A stretch of DNA of 64,000 nucleotides, taken from the NCBI GenBank assembly GCA_026936335.1, contig JAPMXV010000068.1:299942-363941 (forward strand). Reading direction: 5' to 3'. The notes beneath the pieces were generated by a model. The model was not told the DNA's origin and did not search any database. It worked only from the letters and a program-made list of their open reading frames with translations. Positions 1 through 10,439 of this stretch are shown here, piece by piece. Each line of letters starts with the position of its first letter. The first letter of the stretch is position 1. Position numbers and translations under genes: made by a program. This DNA comes from Mantamonas sphyraenae STR306. Its lineage: Eukaryota > Protista > CRuMs.

Positions 1-408
1 CTGCCCGGCGCCGGTCTGTACTGGGACAACGAGAGCGTGCTGATTGGCGGCATCAACGCCTACGCACGCGACGACTTTCTGCGCACCGCCCACACCGCCT
101 ACTTTGTGACCATTGTGGTGGTGCAGTGGGCCGATCTGCTCATCTGCAAGACGCGTCTGCTGTCCATCTTTGACCAGGGCATGAAGAACGGCCACCTGAA
201 CTTTGGCCTCTTCTCCGAGACCGCCCTGGCCGCCCTGCTGTGCTACGTGCCCTTTGTCAACCAGGTGTTCCTCACCCGTCCCATCCTGTTTGTCCACTGG
301 CTGCCCGGTCTGCCCTTTAGCATCGTCATCTTCATCTACGACGAGGTGCGCAAGATGCTCATCCGCAAGAACCGCGGCGGCTGGCTCGAGCAGAAGACTT
401 ACTACTAA
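1..408 (+). CDS. Na+/K+-ATPase (P2C-type) alpha subunit, 3' part (gene starts before the window)
   Basis: TAYFVTIVVVQWADLLICKTR, IFDQGMKN, FIYDEVRK and terminal GGWLEQKTYY* are hallmark C-terminal motifs of Na/K-ATPase alpha subunits. Confidence 0.95.
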   Translation: MPGAGLYWDNESVLIGGINAYARDDFLRTAHTAYFVTIVVVQWADLLICKTRLLSIFDQGMKNGHLNFGLFSETALAALLCYVPFVNQVFLTRPILFVHWLPGLPFSIVIFIYDEVRKMLIRKNRGGWLEQKTYY

Positions 409-680
409 GTCGACTGTCCGCCATGCCATGATGGGCGCCAACACAAAACCCTCTCGGGGTCACCCCAATTGGCTGGCAGTGACCATAGGTTACCACCACA
501 ACGCACAGTGTCGTTGCGTGTGAGTCACCACCGTTCACTTGCCAGCCAGCGTGGGGGGGAACCAAGTGTTGTTTGTGTGTGCATGTTTGCTTTTGCCACA
601 TAAATCCGCCAGAGGGTATTTCCCACACATTCAGTTTGAAATTCATGTCTTGCGCAGCCGAGGGCAGAGGAAAACCCATC

Positions 681-1586
681 ATGTTTGCACGTCGCAGCGG
701 CGTTGCAATCAGGCACCCACACATGCGCATGTGTGCACACGGCGGCATGGCACGGACGACAGTGATGGAGACACAGGACAGTGGCAGTGGCACTGGCAGT
801 GGCAGTGTGCAGGGACGATGGGGGATGCACCCACGGACGGAGGAGCAGCAGCGCAGGCATGTGAACCTGTTCACGGTGTTCAGTTCAAAGAAGCGGGACG
901 AGAAGCTGGCCAAGGCGAGACGAGACGCAGGCAAGGGGTACTTTGACCAATGGAGCGAATGGAGGGAAATCGAAAAGCGAGGAGGGTGCGAGGTGCAGGA
1001 GTCCCTGGTGGCGGCGGCAGAAGCCGAAACCTTTCCCGCACGGCTGGTGCACCAGGCGGTGCGTGTGGCCGACGGAACCGAGGTGCAGGCGGGAGCGTAT
1101 GCACTGCAGTACAACGACCTGCTTTCCGACGGCGATCCCTTGTTGCAACGCGACGGAAAGGCACAGGGCATGCCGTACGTGCGTGCGTTTGTGTGTTCCC
1201 AGCGGCAATTTGCACAGCACATGGCCGACACGTGGTTTGACGAACTCCTGAGGATAGAAGCACAACAGTCTCAGCTGCGTGTGTACCAGGTGCTCCTTAT
1301 CGAACAGACCCTGTTTCGCTGGGCCCAGGGGTTGACCCTGAAGGCCGTGCGAGAGGGAGCCAAACCCGAACGCCAGGCACACATGCTGGCCCAGCTTCAC
1401 GACCGCGAGGAACAACGCACCGAGATCAATCTCATCAACAATGCCATGGCTTACGTCTTTCTGGTCGACCATCATGGTCGCATGCGATGGACAGGACGAG
1501 GATTGCCCCAGGACCAACACATCGCCGTCCTGCACAAGCAGATCAACAAGCTCGTCCACGAATTGAACAGCAACAAGAGCAAATGA
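681..1586 (+). CDS. ATP10: Mitochondrial ATP synthase assembly factor ATP10-like
   Basis: The C-terminal NNAMAYVFLVDHHGRMRWTGRG matches the ATP10 motif (YvyLVD..grIRWag.G). The Arg-rich N-terminus from ATG 681 (MFARRSGVAIR) looks like a mitochondrial presequence; start inferred. Confidence 0.7.
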   Translation: MFARRSGVAIRHPHMRMCAHGGMARTTVMETQDSGSGTGSGSVQGRWGMHPRTEEQQRRHVNLFTVFSSKKRDEKLAKARRDAGKGYFDQWSEWREIEKRGGCEVQESLVAAAEAETFPARLVHQAVRVADGTEVQAGAYALQYNDLLSDGDPLLQRDGKAQGMPYVRAFVCSQRQFAQHMADTWFDELLRIEAQQSQLRVYQVLLIEQTLFRWAQGLTLKAVREGAKPERQAHMLAQLHDREEQRTEINLINNAMAYVFLVDHHGRMRWTGRGLPQDQHIAVLHKQINKLVHELNSNKSK

Positions 1587-1667
1587 TGATAGGGAAGGGA
1601 GGGGAGGGGATGGGATGGGGAATGGGGAGGATGGGATTGGGATGCGCGGGAACCAACACAAAAATGG

Positions 1668-2681
1668 ATGTCGTCGTCAGGCAGCTCCACTCATTCTCGG
1701 CCGGCAGTGGTGCTTGTGTGCATGTGTGGTCTTCCTGGCGCTGGAAAGAGCACGTGGGTGGAACAATGGTGCAGTGACAACGAGGACAGTGAGGGTGTTT
1801 GTGCTGTGGCTAGCATGCTGGACACTCGCAACGTTTGTGTGTGGCGCATCAACTTTGACGCCGCCTTGGCTCAGGCCCTTGACACACAGAGTCGCAATGA
1901 ACACGAGGACGACGATGCAATGGACAGTCAGGCATGGAAGACATCACGAAGGATACCCTACAGCGCATGTTGTGCTCTGTTGGAGGCGTGGGACGCAGGG
2001 ACGGAAGATGCCCTGCAGACGCTGGACGAGGAGACGCGAGGATGTGTGGAGGCGATGGGAGGCAAGGGAAGTGGCACGGGGAACGACGTACACGTGGTCA
2101 TCCTGGACGACAACATGTACTATCACAGCATGCGTCAGGAATACGCCATGTTGGCTAGGGAGAGGGATTTGGGCTGGGTGACAGTGTATGTGGAGACCAG
2201 CGAGACACAGGCGCAGGAGTGGAATGCACAACGGACAGGGAAACAGCGTGTGGAGGCACAGGTGATCACACGCATGGCTGAACGGTTGGAGGCGCCAGGG
2301 AAGGGGGACAATGATCCGTGGACAGTGTGTGTGCACCCGTGTGAGGACATGCGTCTGGCACACGTGAGTGAATTGGTGTGTGCAGAGGCCACACAGCCTC
2401 ACATGCGTACACAGCGACTGGAGAAGGAGCAACAGGAGGAGAAGGACAAGCAAAACGCAGAGAACCCTGTCCATGTGTTGGATTTGACACTCAAGCAACA
2501 CGTGGGTGCACTCATGCAGAAAGTGAGCACAGAAAGGCGCAAGCAGTGTGCACGTGTGCTTGCTGCCATGCGCAAGGACTTGTTGGCTCGGAATCGTCCC
2601 GGGCTCCAGGATGGCAGCCTCACCCTGGAACAGGCTATCGACACATGCACACAGCAATTGAATGCCTGTGTGGACCAATGA
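1668..2681 (+). CDS. PSTK: L-seryl-tRNA(Sec) kinase
   Basis: P-loop MCGLPGAGKST, the PSTK-typical VILDDNMYYHSMR motif, and N..R...V...VI.RM..RLE.P. Confidence 0.85.
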   Translation: MSSSGSSTHSRPAVVLVCMCGLPGAGKSTWVEQWCSDNEDSEGVCAVASMLDTRNVCVWRINFDAALAQALDTQSRNEHEDDDAMDSQAWKTSRRIPYSACCALLEAWDAGTEDALQTLDEETRGCVEAMGGKGSGTGNDVHVVILDDNMYYHSMRQEYAMLARERDLGWVTVYVETSETQAQEWNAQRTGKQRVEAQVITRMAERLEAPGKGDNDPWTVCVHPCEDMRLAHVSELVCAEATQPHMRTQRLEKEQQEEKDKQNAENPVHVLDLTLKQHVGALMQKVSTERRKQCARVLAAMRKDLLARNRPGLQDGSLTLEQAIDTCTQQLNACVDQ

Positions 2682-2797
2682 ACCCCAGGTGGTGTTTGTC
2701 AATCTCTTCATTTTCTTGCGCACGCGCGGAAAATTGTCACCGGCGACTTTTGGATCGCTTCCATTTCGGAGGCGGCGGAAGAAATTCTCCCATCGGC

Positions 2798-3352
2798 TCA
2801 GTTGATGCTGTACAGAGTTCCGGAGAGCACAGTTGCAAAGGTGACCCACAGTGCATAGGGAATCAGGAGGGAGGCACCCAGGCGGTCCTTGCGCCAGAAG
2901 ATGTAGATGAGCGAGTAGACAAAGAGATCAATGCCGATGATCCAGATGAAGGCCAGAAGGAGCAGATGGGCCTGGAAGAAGATGGGCGTCCAGCAGAGGT
3001 TGAAGGCAAGGTGGACGGCATAGAAGCCGAGTTCAAAGCGAGCACGCTTGAAGCTGGCACCTGCGTACCACCATTGACGCCAGGAGGCAATGGCCATGAA
3101 TGTGTAGAGCAGGGTCCACACGGGACCAAACAGCCAGTTGGGAGGCTGAAACACGGGCTTGTGCAAACGGATGAACCATTCGGAACGACCATCGCCACTG
3201 AAGGAGCTGGCAAAGGCCAAGCCGTTGGTGATGAGGATGTTGGCCACCAGCAACCCCCACTTTTTCACAGGCGAAGTCTCCTCCTGCTCCCTCAACAGGG
3301 TCTCTTCGTCCACATTGTCGTCTTCATCCTGGTACTTGTTGTACTTGAACAT
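2798..3352 (-). CDS. TSPO: TspO/MBR translocator protein
   Basis: WFIRLHKPVFQPPNWLFGPVWTLLY, LAFNLCWTPIFF and LLIPYALWVTFA are TspO signatures. Start taken at ATG 3352 (MFKYNK). Confidence 0.92.
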   Translation of the reverse strand: MFKYNKYQDEDDNVDEETLLREQEETSPVKKWGLLVANILITNGLAFASSFSGDGRSEWFIRLHKPVFQPPNWLFGPVWTLLYTFMAIASWRQWWYAGASFKRARFELGFYAVHLAFNLCWTPIFFQAHLLLLAFIWIIGIDLFVYSLIYIFWRKDRLGASLLIPYALWVTFATVLSGTLYSIN

Positions 3353-3422
3353 GGTCGGCAGTTTGGTTGGTGTGTGTGGAGCGCAGTCGCATGCAACAAC
3401 CACACACACACACACAGGGCAC

Positions 3423-5075
3423 ATGTCATCATCATCGTCATCATCATCATCATCATCTTCAGAGACGCAACGGTGGGAGGAGTACATGGGTCGGTGTGTG
3501 CAAGCACTGGCAGAGAGTGTGGACGGGGACACGGATCGGCTGGAGGAGGAGGAGGAGCAGATGATGGAAGCACAAGGGAAGGATGGAGAGGAGGAAGTGT
3601 CGTATGCACGAGGATGGTACCAACAGGCCCAACTGGCAGTGGCCACACGATACACAGGGGAGCTTGCAGACAAGCCCACGGTGCGCACACTCTGGTCCTG
3701 GTGGGAGAGCAGCACGGGACAACACGTCGACCCAGAGTCCAACCAATGGTATTTGGTGTTGGAACAGTGCATGGACGCAGACACACAACGCACCCGACTC
3801 GGTGGACGTCCCGTGTGGGTGGATCCAAACGCAAGCGACCTTCCAACTGCCCAGGACCTTGCATGCTCCACCTGCAACGAACCCATGGGTCTTGTGTGTC
3901 AACACAGGGTGGTCAGCAAACGTGTGCCATCCTCCACTGTGGTCTATGTGTTTACCTGTGGGCGTAGCAGCTGCCGTGAGTGGAAGGCGTATGCGCAGCA
4001 GAGCCAGGCAGAGACGCAGGCCAAGGGCAACAGCAGCAGCGAGACGGATTCGGGATCCAACAGCACGGGAAACACGTCTGGTGGCACCACAGACACGTGG
4101 AGTGGCAAAGGAGACGAGGACGACGACTGGAAGAAACTGGCCGAAAAGCGCAAGGCAATGCTGGCCGCGAAAAAGGCAGCGAAAAAGGCCAAACAAGGAG
4201 GGGGAAAGGGAAGCAAGGGAAGCAAGGGAGGCAAGGGAGGAAAGGGAGGGAAAGGTACAAAGGGGGTTGCACAGACACAAGAGGAGTCAGAGAAGGAGGA
4301 GGAGGAGCAACAGGGACCCGAGGTGGACACGACACGGATCACAGGGCAGGTGGCACCCAACCAGCTGTTCTTTGGTCACGAAGTGAGCATGGAAAAGGAA
4401 ATGACGGCATCTGCCATGGCCAAGAAGACGGGAGGGCATGGATCCTCCTTGGATGATCTGGACGAAGAAACACAGGAGATGGCAAGGGAGGCAGAAGAGG
4501 TGAGTGGAAGTGGAGGCAATAGCAGCAGTAGCAGTGGCAGTGGATCAAGTAGTGGACGTGGAAGTACAGCAGTGGAGGGGTACGAGGTGCAGGGGGATCC
4601 GATGGCGGCAGTGTTTCACAATCGGCTCCAGCGGCAACCGTACCAGGTGCTTCGTGAGGGCTTGCAGCCATTGTGGAGCAGCGAGTGTAGGCCTGTGGTG
4701 TGTGGGGTGCAAGGAGAGGGCACAGGGACGGGTCCAGCAGCATGGTCATGCACACAATGTGGCGAAACCTTGGTGTATCTGTTCCAACTCATGCCAGCCG
4801 CCCTCAACGCGTTGCAACGGGTGGAGATGGCAGAAGGAGAGGAGGATGGGGAAGAGGAGGAGGAGGAGGGGGAGGAGGTGCAGGAGAAGCAGGACAAGGA
4901 GATGGAGGCGTTCAAGAGGAAAGCAGCTGCACTCAAGGCTCTATTGGATCAAGAGATGGAATGGCAGGTGGCGTGTGTGTACATGTGCTTGAGTGAGGCG
5001 TGTGTGTCGTCGGGAAAGAGCACGCCTGCGTTGGCCATGGCAGTGCAGTATGAAGATGAGGAGGGGAGTGAGTGA
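3423..5075 (+). CDS. PDCD2/PDCD2L (Tsr4-like) ribosomal-protein chaperone
   Basis: N-domain RLGGRPVW...CSTC..PM.LVCQ...YVFTC; PDCD2_C features F..RLQRQPYQVLR, PLW, CTQCG, FQLMP, MEW...VYMC. Start inferred at ATG 3423. Confidence 0.8.
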   Translation: MSSSSSSSSSSSSETQRWEEYMGRCVQALAESVDGDTDRLEEEEEQMMEAQGKDGEEEVSYARGWYQQAQLAVATRYTGELADKPTVRTLWSWWESSTGQHVDPESNQWYLVLEQCMDADTQRTRLGGRPVWVDPNASDLPTAQDLACSTCNEPMGLVCQHRVVSKRVPSSTVVYVFTCGRSSCREWKAYAQQSQAETQAKGNSSSETDSGSNSTGNTSGGTTDTWSGKGDEDDDWKKLAEKRKAMLAAKKAAKKAKQGGGKGSKGSKGGKGGKGGKGTKGVAQTQEESEKEEEEQQGPEVDTTRITGQVAPNQLFFGHEVSMEKEMTASAMAKKTGGHGSSLDDLDEETQEMAREAEEVSGSGGNSSSSSGSGSSSGRGSTAVEGYEVQGDPMAAVFHNRLQRQPYQVLREGLQPLWSSECRPVVCGVQGEGTGTGPAAWSCTQCGETLVYLFQLMPAALNALQRVEMAEGEEDGEEEEEEGEEVQEKQDKEMEAFKRKAAALKALLDQEMEWQVACVYMCLSEACVSSGKSTPALAMAVQYEDEEGSE

Positions 5076-5115
5076 ATGCGTGAGTGACCCAGAATTGACA
5101 CAGATGGTCATCTCA

Positions 5116-7002
5116 TCACACGTAGCTGCTGAACACTTCGGTGTAGGTGCTCTCAAAGTGCGAGTAGAGGTCGGGGTTGTTTGTACGCAGGACATCGGGG
5201 GCTTCGGCAAAGCAGACAAAGAGGGAGACGACGGCGCTCTCGACCACCTCCATGCAGGTGAGCATCATGACAAAGCCAATGAAGAAGCCAATGGAGACAG
5301 CCACAGGCCAATCGGCACTCATGGAACGGGAGGTGTAGGCCCAAATGCCCGACACACAGGCGGTGATGACGCCGCCGACGAGACAGCCAAACCAGAGCAC
5401 GTTTGCCACCAGGTTGTCGTTGACAATGGCCTTGAAACCACGCTCCTTGATGAGCTCCCATGTGTCTCGGGAGGCCTGGCAGTAGGTCTTTCCATAGATG
5501 GCGACCTGGGTGAAGGCATAGAGGTTGAAGTAGGAGACGAGATCGTCCAGGCAGGCCATGAGCATGTCCAGCAGACGCAAGAGGGCCACGTGCTTCTCTG
5601 CACGCTTGCGCAGCTGGTGAACAATGGAACGGGCTGTTTTGACGAGGGCAATGAGGAGGGAGCCAAAGCAGATGGAACCAAAGGAGGTGGTGACGGAACG
5701 GTACCACGCCTTGCGGGTTGGGTTCAGGGGCATGGCGGTGGTGTTGTCCAGGAAGTACCAGGTGGCCATGGTGCCTGCAGTGGTGGTGTGCACCACATTC
5801 TTGATCACCTGAGAGGTCCAGAAGAAGCTAAACACCAGAAAGACGGCCAGCCAATTCTTGTGGCCCGTGTCCAGCGTCAGGGCAGCCGCACTGGCAAACA
5901 CCCACACCATCAGCCACAGAAATTGGGCCAACAGCGCCGCATAGGCCACACGCACAATGCCCGGGAAGCGTTCCAGAAGGGAGGCCACTGTCTGGAGCAG
6001 AGCCGTGGCAAACGGAATCCGGTGTCGCCACGAGTAGTAGAAGAAGGCCGAGGCTGCGGCAGCAAGCAGGAACATGACACCGGCAAACCACAGCTGGGTG
6101 TAGAACATGACACCAGCACCTGCCACGTTCCACAGCACAGAGGCCCACATGGTCAGCTTGATCAGCGTGCTGGCGTACTGTTTGATAAAGTGCAGCCACA
6201 GCGACGCAAGCAACACGCCCACCACCATGCACGTGACACCTGTTGTGTCGTCACACACACACACACACGCACACACACACACAAGAGTGTACAACCCAAT
6301 GGTGTGTTTCATACCGGGGCAACGTGAGGACGCAGGGAGGTGTGTGTCAGCGTTGGGAGAGAGTGGAGGCAGCAGCTTTCGCAGAATTCTCGCTCAGCCC
6401 GCAAACGCGCTCACTCTCTCTCTCACACACTCTCACACACGTACCGATGGAAGCGACGACCTTTGCGGCCGTTGGGGTGAAGGAGGCATCCTTGCGGATG
6501 GAGTCAAGAGCAGCCTTTTCCTGGGGGTCGTCGTCGCGCAGCCAGGAGATGGAGAGGAAGAAGAGGAGGAGAATGGCAAGGAGATCCAACAGGTACAACA
6601 AGGCAAATGCAAAGTCACGTGGCGCATTGTCGTACTTGAAACGGCGTGGTTGCTTGCTCTTGGGCTGTGTGGGCATGTGTCACACCCAACATGGTGTCAA
6701 CACAAGGGCAGGGGGGGGAAGGGGAAGGAAGGGGTGGGCTTTTGTGAAACGGGTGGCATCCGGGGGTCGGGGGTCGGGGGGGAACGAGGAGGAAGACTCA
6801 CCACACCGACAAGGAGCCCCTTGGACTCAAGAGGGACAATGTCATCCTCGTCGTCATCGTTGGGCATGCGACGAAAGCCTTGCTGCTCGTAGGTCTTGTC
6901 CACCTCGCCAATCACAGACACGGGAGTGCCCTTGAAACGGTCTGCCGAGTTGTGGTTGGAGGCTGTGGCACCCGAATCGGCATTGTATGTGCGATCAGCC
7001 AT
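5116..7002 (-). CDS. Choline transporter-like protein (SLC44/CTL/PNS1 family), 3 exons
   Basis: FFWTSQVIKNVVHTTTAG, SFGSICFGSL, FNLYAFTQVAIYGKTYCQAS. Exons 7002-6802, 6664-6445, 6239-5116; GT-AG introns 6665-6801 and 6240-6444 join in frame. Confidence 0.9.
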
Positions 7003-7104
7003 TGGGGGCAAGTTGGGAAACGGTGCGGGTTGTTTTGAGAGGTTGCTTTGGTGGGGAACGGGCGTCGAGGGGCAGGGCGATCCAAACAAAACCATTTTTG
7101 GACG

Positions 7105-10100
7105 ATGCTGAGCATTCTGGACCAACCGTTGGCAGACACCTGGTCAGTGGGTTCATTGCCAGAGAGTCTACTGGCGGTGGTGCATGGCCTGGGTGTGTTT
7201 GTGGCAGGCGCAGGGGCCAACCAGCAAGGCTCCTCTTCCTCCCCCTCCTCGTCCAGCTCGTCCTCTTCCTCCTCCTCTTCCTCGGGTGGCAGTGGACGAC
7301 AGAGCAGCAGCAGTCGCATGTCGTCGAAACAACTACAGTGGGACACTGTGGCGGGGGCAGTGGTACGTGGAAGTCTGTACATCACCCAGTACCAAGTGGC
7401 CTTTGTGCCCGACAAGGCTTGGCGTGCACGCGTGTCTCCATTTCGTCTCTTCTTCCCCCACCTGGAAGAGATGAGCAGTGTGGTGGCACGCAGGCAGGTC
7501 GTCCTCCTCCACTTGCGTACAAAGAGCTTTGTCACCGTCTCCTTCCTTCCTCCAGAGGTGGACAAGGGCGGCGTCGCCGCATTGCTCTCCCCAGCCATGA
7601 CCAAACTGTCCACCGCCATGCTTCCACAGGCACAGGCACAGGCACAGTCGCAGGGACAGGCACAGCAACACGAAGAGGCAGGGGACACGGATGGACACAG
7701 TGCACAGGGCAACGGAGGGTCTGCGAAGGGGGGTCATCAGGAATCCTCCAAGAAGGGCGAAACCAAGGACAACCGGGAGTACACCGACGACGTGTTTGTC
7801 GCCATCGATGACGACCACGACACGGTTCGCACGGGCAGGCGGCGACGCACAAGCACCCTGGGCACACATGGAAGTGGGAACAGCAACAGCAATGGCAATG
7901 GCAATGGCAATGGCGAGAGTGTGGAACTTGTGGCATCCCCCAAGAAACAACGCAAGCGCAAACCGCGCAGCAAATCACGTGTAGCCGCAGCAAGGCTTGC
8001 CAAAGTACAGGAAGTGGATCTCAGTGCAGCACACACTCTGATCCGGGCGGCATTGGATGGCAACATGCACCAGCACGTGTACGCAGGGCTGTTTGGGACG
8101 AAGAGCGGGGACGTGGGCTGGAGCGTGTACGATGCGGAAGCAGAGTATGCACGGATGAACATTGGATGGGTGGAAGGGGGTGAGGATGGACAGGCGAGCA
8201 CGGTGGATGCAGGGATGGCACAGGATGAGGATGATGAGGGTGAGGATGGTGATTCTTCGGGACAGCAGCAGGAGGAGGCTCGCATTCGGTTGAGCAGGGT
8301 CAACGACGAGTACCAACTGTGTGCATCGTATCCATCGTTGCTGGCCGTGCCTGCGGGGGTGTCGGATGAACTGTTGGTGGCAGCAGGGTCGTTTCGTAGC
8401 AAGCGGCGCATCCCGGTGGTGTGCTGGTGTGTGCACGACAGCGAGGGCAACACGGGGGCAGTCATTGCACGCAGCAGTCAACCCATGACGGGCATCTCAC
8501 GGTCACGCAGTGAGGAGGATGAGGCGTTGATTGGGGCGTTGATGGAGAGTGGAGGGTCGAAGGAACTGTACTTTGTGGACGCACGGCCCCAGGTGAATGC
8601 ACTGGGCAACATGGTCAAAGGCGCAGGGTACGAGACACTGGACAACTACACCGGCTGCAAGCTACTGTTTATGGACATTGAAAACATCCACGCCATGCAG
8701 TCGTCGGTGCGCAAGATGGCCACGCTGGTGCACAAGGCAGTGGTGGGCAGTGGGGTCGGGGCAGCGGCAGCAGCGAGTGGCACGGGCACAGACGGAACGG
8801 GAGGGGCAGGGACAGCCATGGGCATGGTGGGAGGCAGTACCAGCGCCGGATTGCAGGTGGGGATGCGAGAGTGGTTGAACCAGTTGGCAGACACAGAGTG
8901 GTTGGGTCATGTGCAGGTGGTACTGCGTGCCTCTGTCAAGGTGGCTCAATTGGTGCAGGAGGGTGTGTCATGTGAGGTGCACTGCTCCGACGGATGGGAT
9001 CGCACCTCGCAAATCGTCTCGCTGGCCCAACTCATGCTGGATCCATACTATCGCACCCTGCGTGGCTTCATGGTGCTGGTGGAGAAGGAATGGCTGAGTT
9101 TTGGCCATCGCTTTGCCATGCGTCATGGCCACGCACGCTCTTCCGTGCAGCGCTCCCCTGTGTTTATGCAGTGGATGGACTGCGTGTGGCAAATCATGCA
9201 ACAGTTCCCCAGTGCCTTTGAGTACAACGAAGAGTTGCTCGTGTGTGTCCTCGATGCCTCCTACTCCTGCGAGTACGGCACCTTTCTGGGCAATTGCGAA
9301 CGCGAACGGCGTGAGGAGCGCCTTGCCGAACGCACCCGATCCGTGTGGAGTTGGGTCATTGCACACAGCCAGCAATTCACCAATCCCTTCTATGTGGCAC
9401 AGGAGGAGGCCGTGTTGCCCAGTGTCCACGTGGGCAAGCTGGCCCTGTGGACAAGACTCTTTCTGCGCTCCCACCCGGCCTTTCTGCCGCAACGCGGACA
9501 GGAACGGCGCGTGGAGGCACTGCTGAATCATGTCAAGCGATTGGAGAGGAAGCATGTGGAGTTGAAGGAGCAGCTGCGAACAGCGCACAGGGCGTTGGCA
9601 GAGTTGGAACGCGGAGATGGCGATGGTGACGACGGCGAGGGGGGTGCGGGTATTGCCATAGCAAACGGAGGTCGCAACCAAGGAAACGGAAACAACAACG
9701 CAGGTGGGGGCCGAGGAGGAGGAGGAGGAGGATTGGAACTGAGCGAGAGCGTGTCTGTGATGGAAAGGGGCGACAGTTTGCTTGTGCGAGATCACAGGAC
9801 GGGGATCGATGTGGATGGGCTGATGAAACGGATGGCAGAACAGAGAGAGGTGCAAGCGAGGCAGAACAAGCAGAGGGCAGAGGCAGACGCAGCAGCAGCC
9901 AAGGCAATGATGGCACAGATGGAGGCACATGTACAGGGACAACAGAGGGCAGTGGATGAGGATCAGGCCATCGATTTGTTGTCCAGTCTGCTCACCGAGT
10001 CGTTGGACTACACTTACCCTGTGCACATGCTGTCTGCATCGTCGTTGGCCACAGAGGGCACACCGTGGATTCGGGATTCCGATGTGAACGAGTGTGGCCT

Positions 10101-10392
10101 GTGCCACGTGCAGTTCAGTTTGTTCCGTCGCAAGCACCACTGTCGCGTGTGTGGCAACATCTTTTGCGACGACTGTTCCAAGGGTCGCATGGTGATTGAG
10201 GAGCGTGGCGACAGGGTGCGTGTGTGCGACGGCTGCATGGAACGCATGGACAAGGTGGTGGCAGGCCTCTTGGACGACGACTCGTCGGTGGATGGGCGTC
10301 CCGGTGGCCTTCACCATCGTCGCAGGGACAGCAGTCTCGACGTGGAGAGTCTTGATGGAAGTCTCGTGGACGATGATTCCATGGTGGTGTGA
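7105..10392 (+). CDS. Myotubularin-related phosphoinositide phosphatase with coiled coil and C-terminal FYVE finger (MTMR3/4-like architecture)
   Basis: Catalytic VHCSDGWDRT, FRSKRRIP, EKEWLSFGHRF; FYVE motifs WIRD...C..C...FSLFRRKHHCRVCG.IFC..CS and RVRVCDGC. Start inferred. Confidence 0.95.
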   Translation: MLSILDQPLADTWSVGSLPESLLAVVHGLGVFVAGAGANQQGSSSSPSSSSSSSSSSSSSGGSGRQSSSSRMSSKQLQWDTVAGAVVRGSLYITQYQVAFVPDKAWRARVSPFRLFFPHLEEMSSVVARRQVVLLHLRTKSFVTVSFLPPEVDKGGVAALLSPAMTKLSTAMLPQAQAQAQSQGQAQQHEEAGDTDGHSAQGNGGSAKGGHQESSKKGETKDNREYTDDVFVAIDDDHDTVRTGRRRRTSTLGTHGSGNSNSNGNGNGNGESVELVASPKKQRKRKPRSKSRVAAARLAKVQEVDLSAAHTLIRAALDGNMHQHVYAGLFGTKSGDVGWSVYDAEAEYARMNIGWVEGGEDGQASTVDAGMAQDEDDEGEDGDSSGQQQEEARIRLSRVNDEYQLCASYPSLLAVPAGVSDELLVAAGSFRSKRRIPVVCWCVHDSEGNTGAVIARSSQPMTGISRSRSEEDEALIGALMESGGSKELYFVDARPQVNALGNMVKGAGYETLDNYTGCKLLFMDIENIHAMQSSVRKMATLVHKAVVGSGVGAAAAASGTGTDGTGGAGTAMGMVGGSTSAGLQVGMREWLNQLADTEWLGHVQVVLRASVKVAQLVQEGVSCEVHCSDGWDRTSQIVSLAQLMLDPYYRTLRGFMVLVEKEWLSFGHRFAMRHGHARSSVQRSPVFMQWMDCVWQIMQQFPSAFEYNEELLVCVLDASYSCEYGTFLGNCERERREERLAERTRSVWSWVIAHSQQFTNPFYVAQEEAVLPSVHVGKLALWTRLFLRSHPAFLPQRGQERRVEALLNHVKRLERKHVELKEQLRTAHRALAELERGDGDGDDGEGGAGIAIANGGRNQGNGNNNAGGGRGGGGGGLELSESVSVMERGDSLLVRDHRTGIDVDGLMKRMAEQREVQARQNKQRAEADAAAAKAMMAQMEAHVQGQQRAVDEDQAIDLLSSLLTESLDYTYPVHMLSASSLATEGTPWIRDSDVNECGLCHVQFSLFRRKHHCRVCGNIFCDDCSKGRMVIEERGDRVRVCDGCMERMDKVVAGLLDDDSSVDGRPGGLHHRRRDSSLDVESLDGSLVDDDSMVV

Positions 10393-10439
10393 AGGAGTGA
10401 TGATGTCCCAATGTACTTTTGTATTGTCTCTCACTTACT

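Noticed and set aside
1668-2681. Selenoprotein or UGA recoding near PSTK, or an alternative genetic code
   Set aside because: Conserved genes end at their expected C-termini with TAA, TAG or TGA. I found no in-frame TGA inside a conserved domain and no convincing SECIS.
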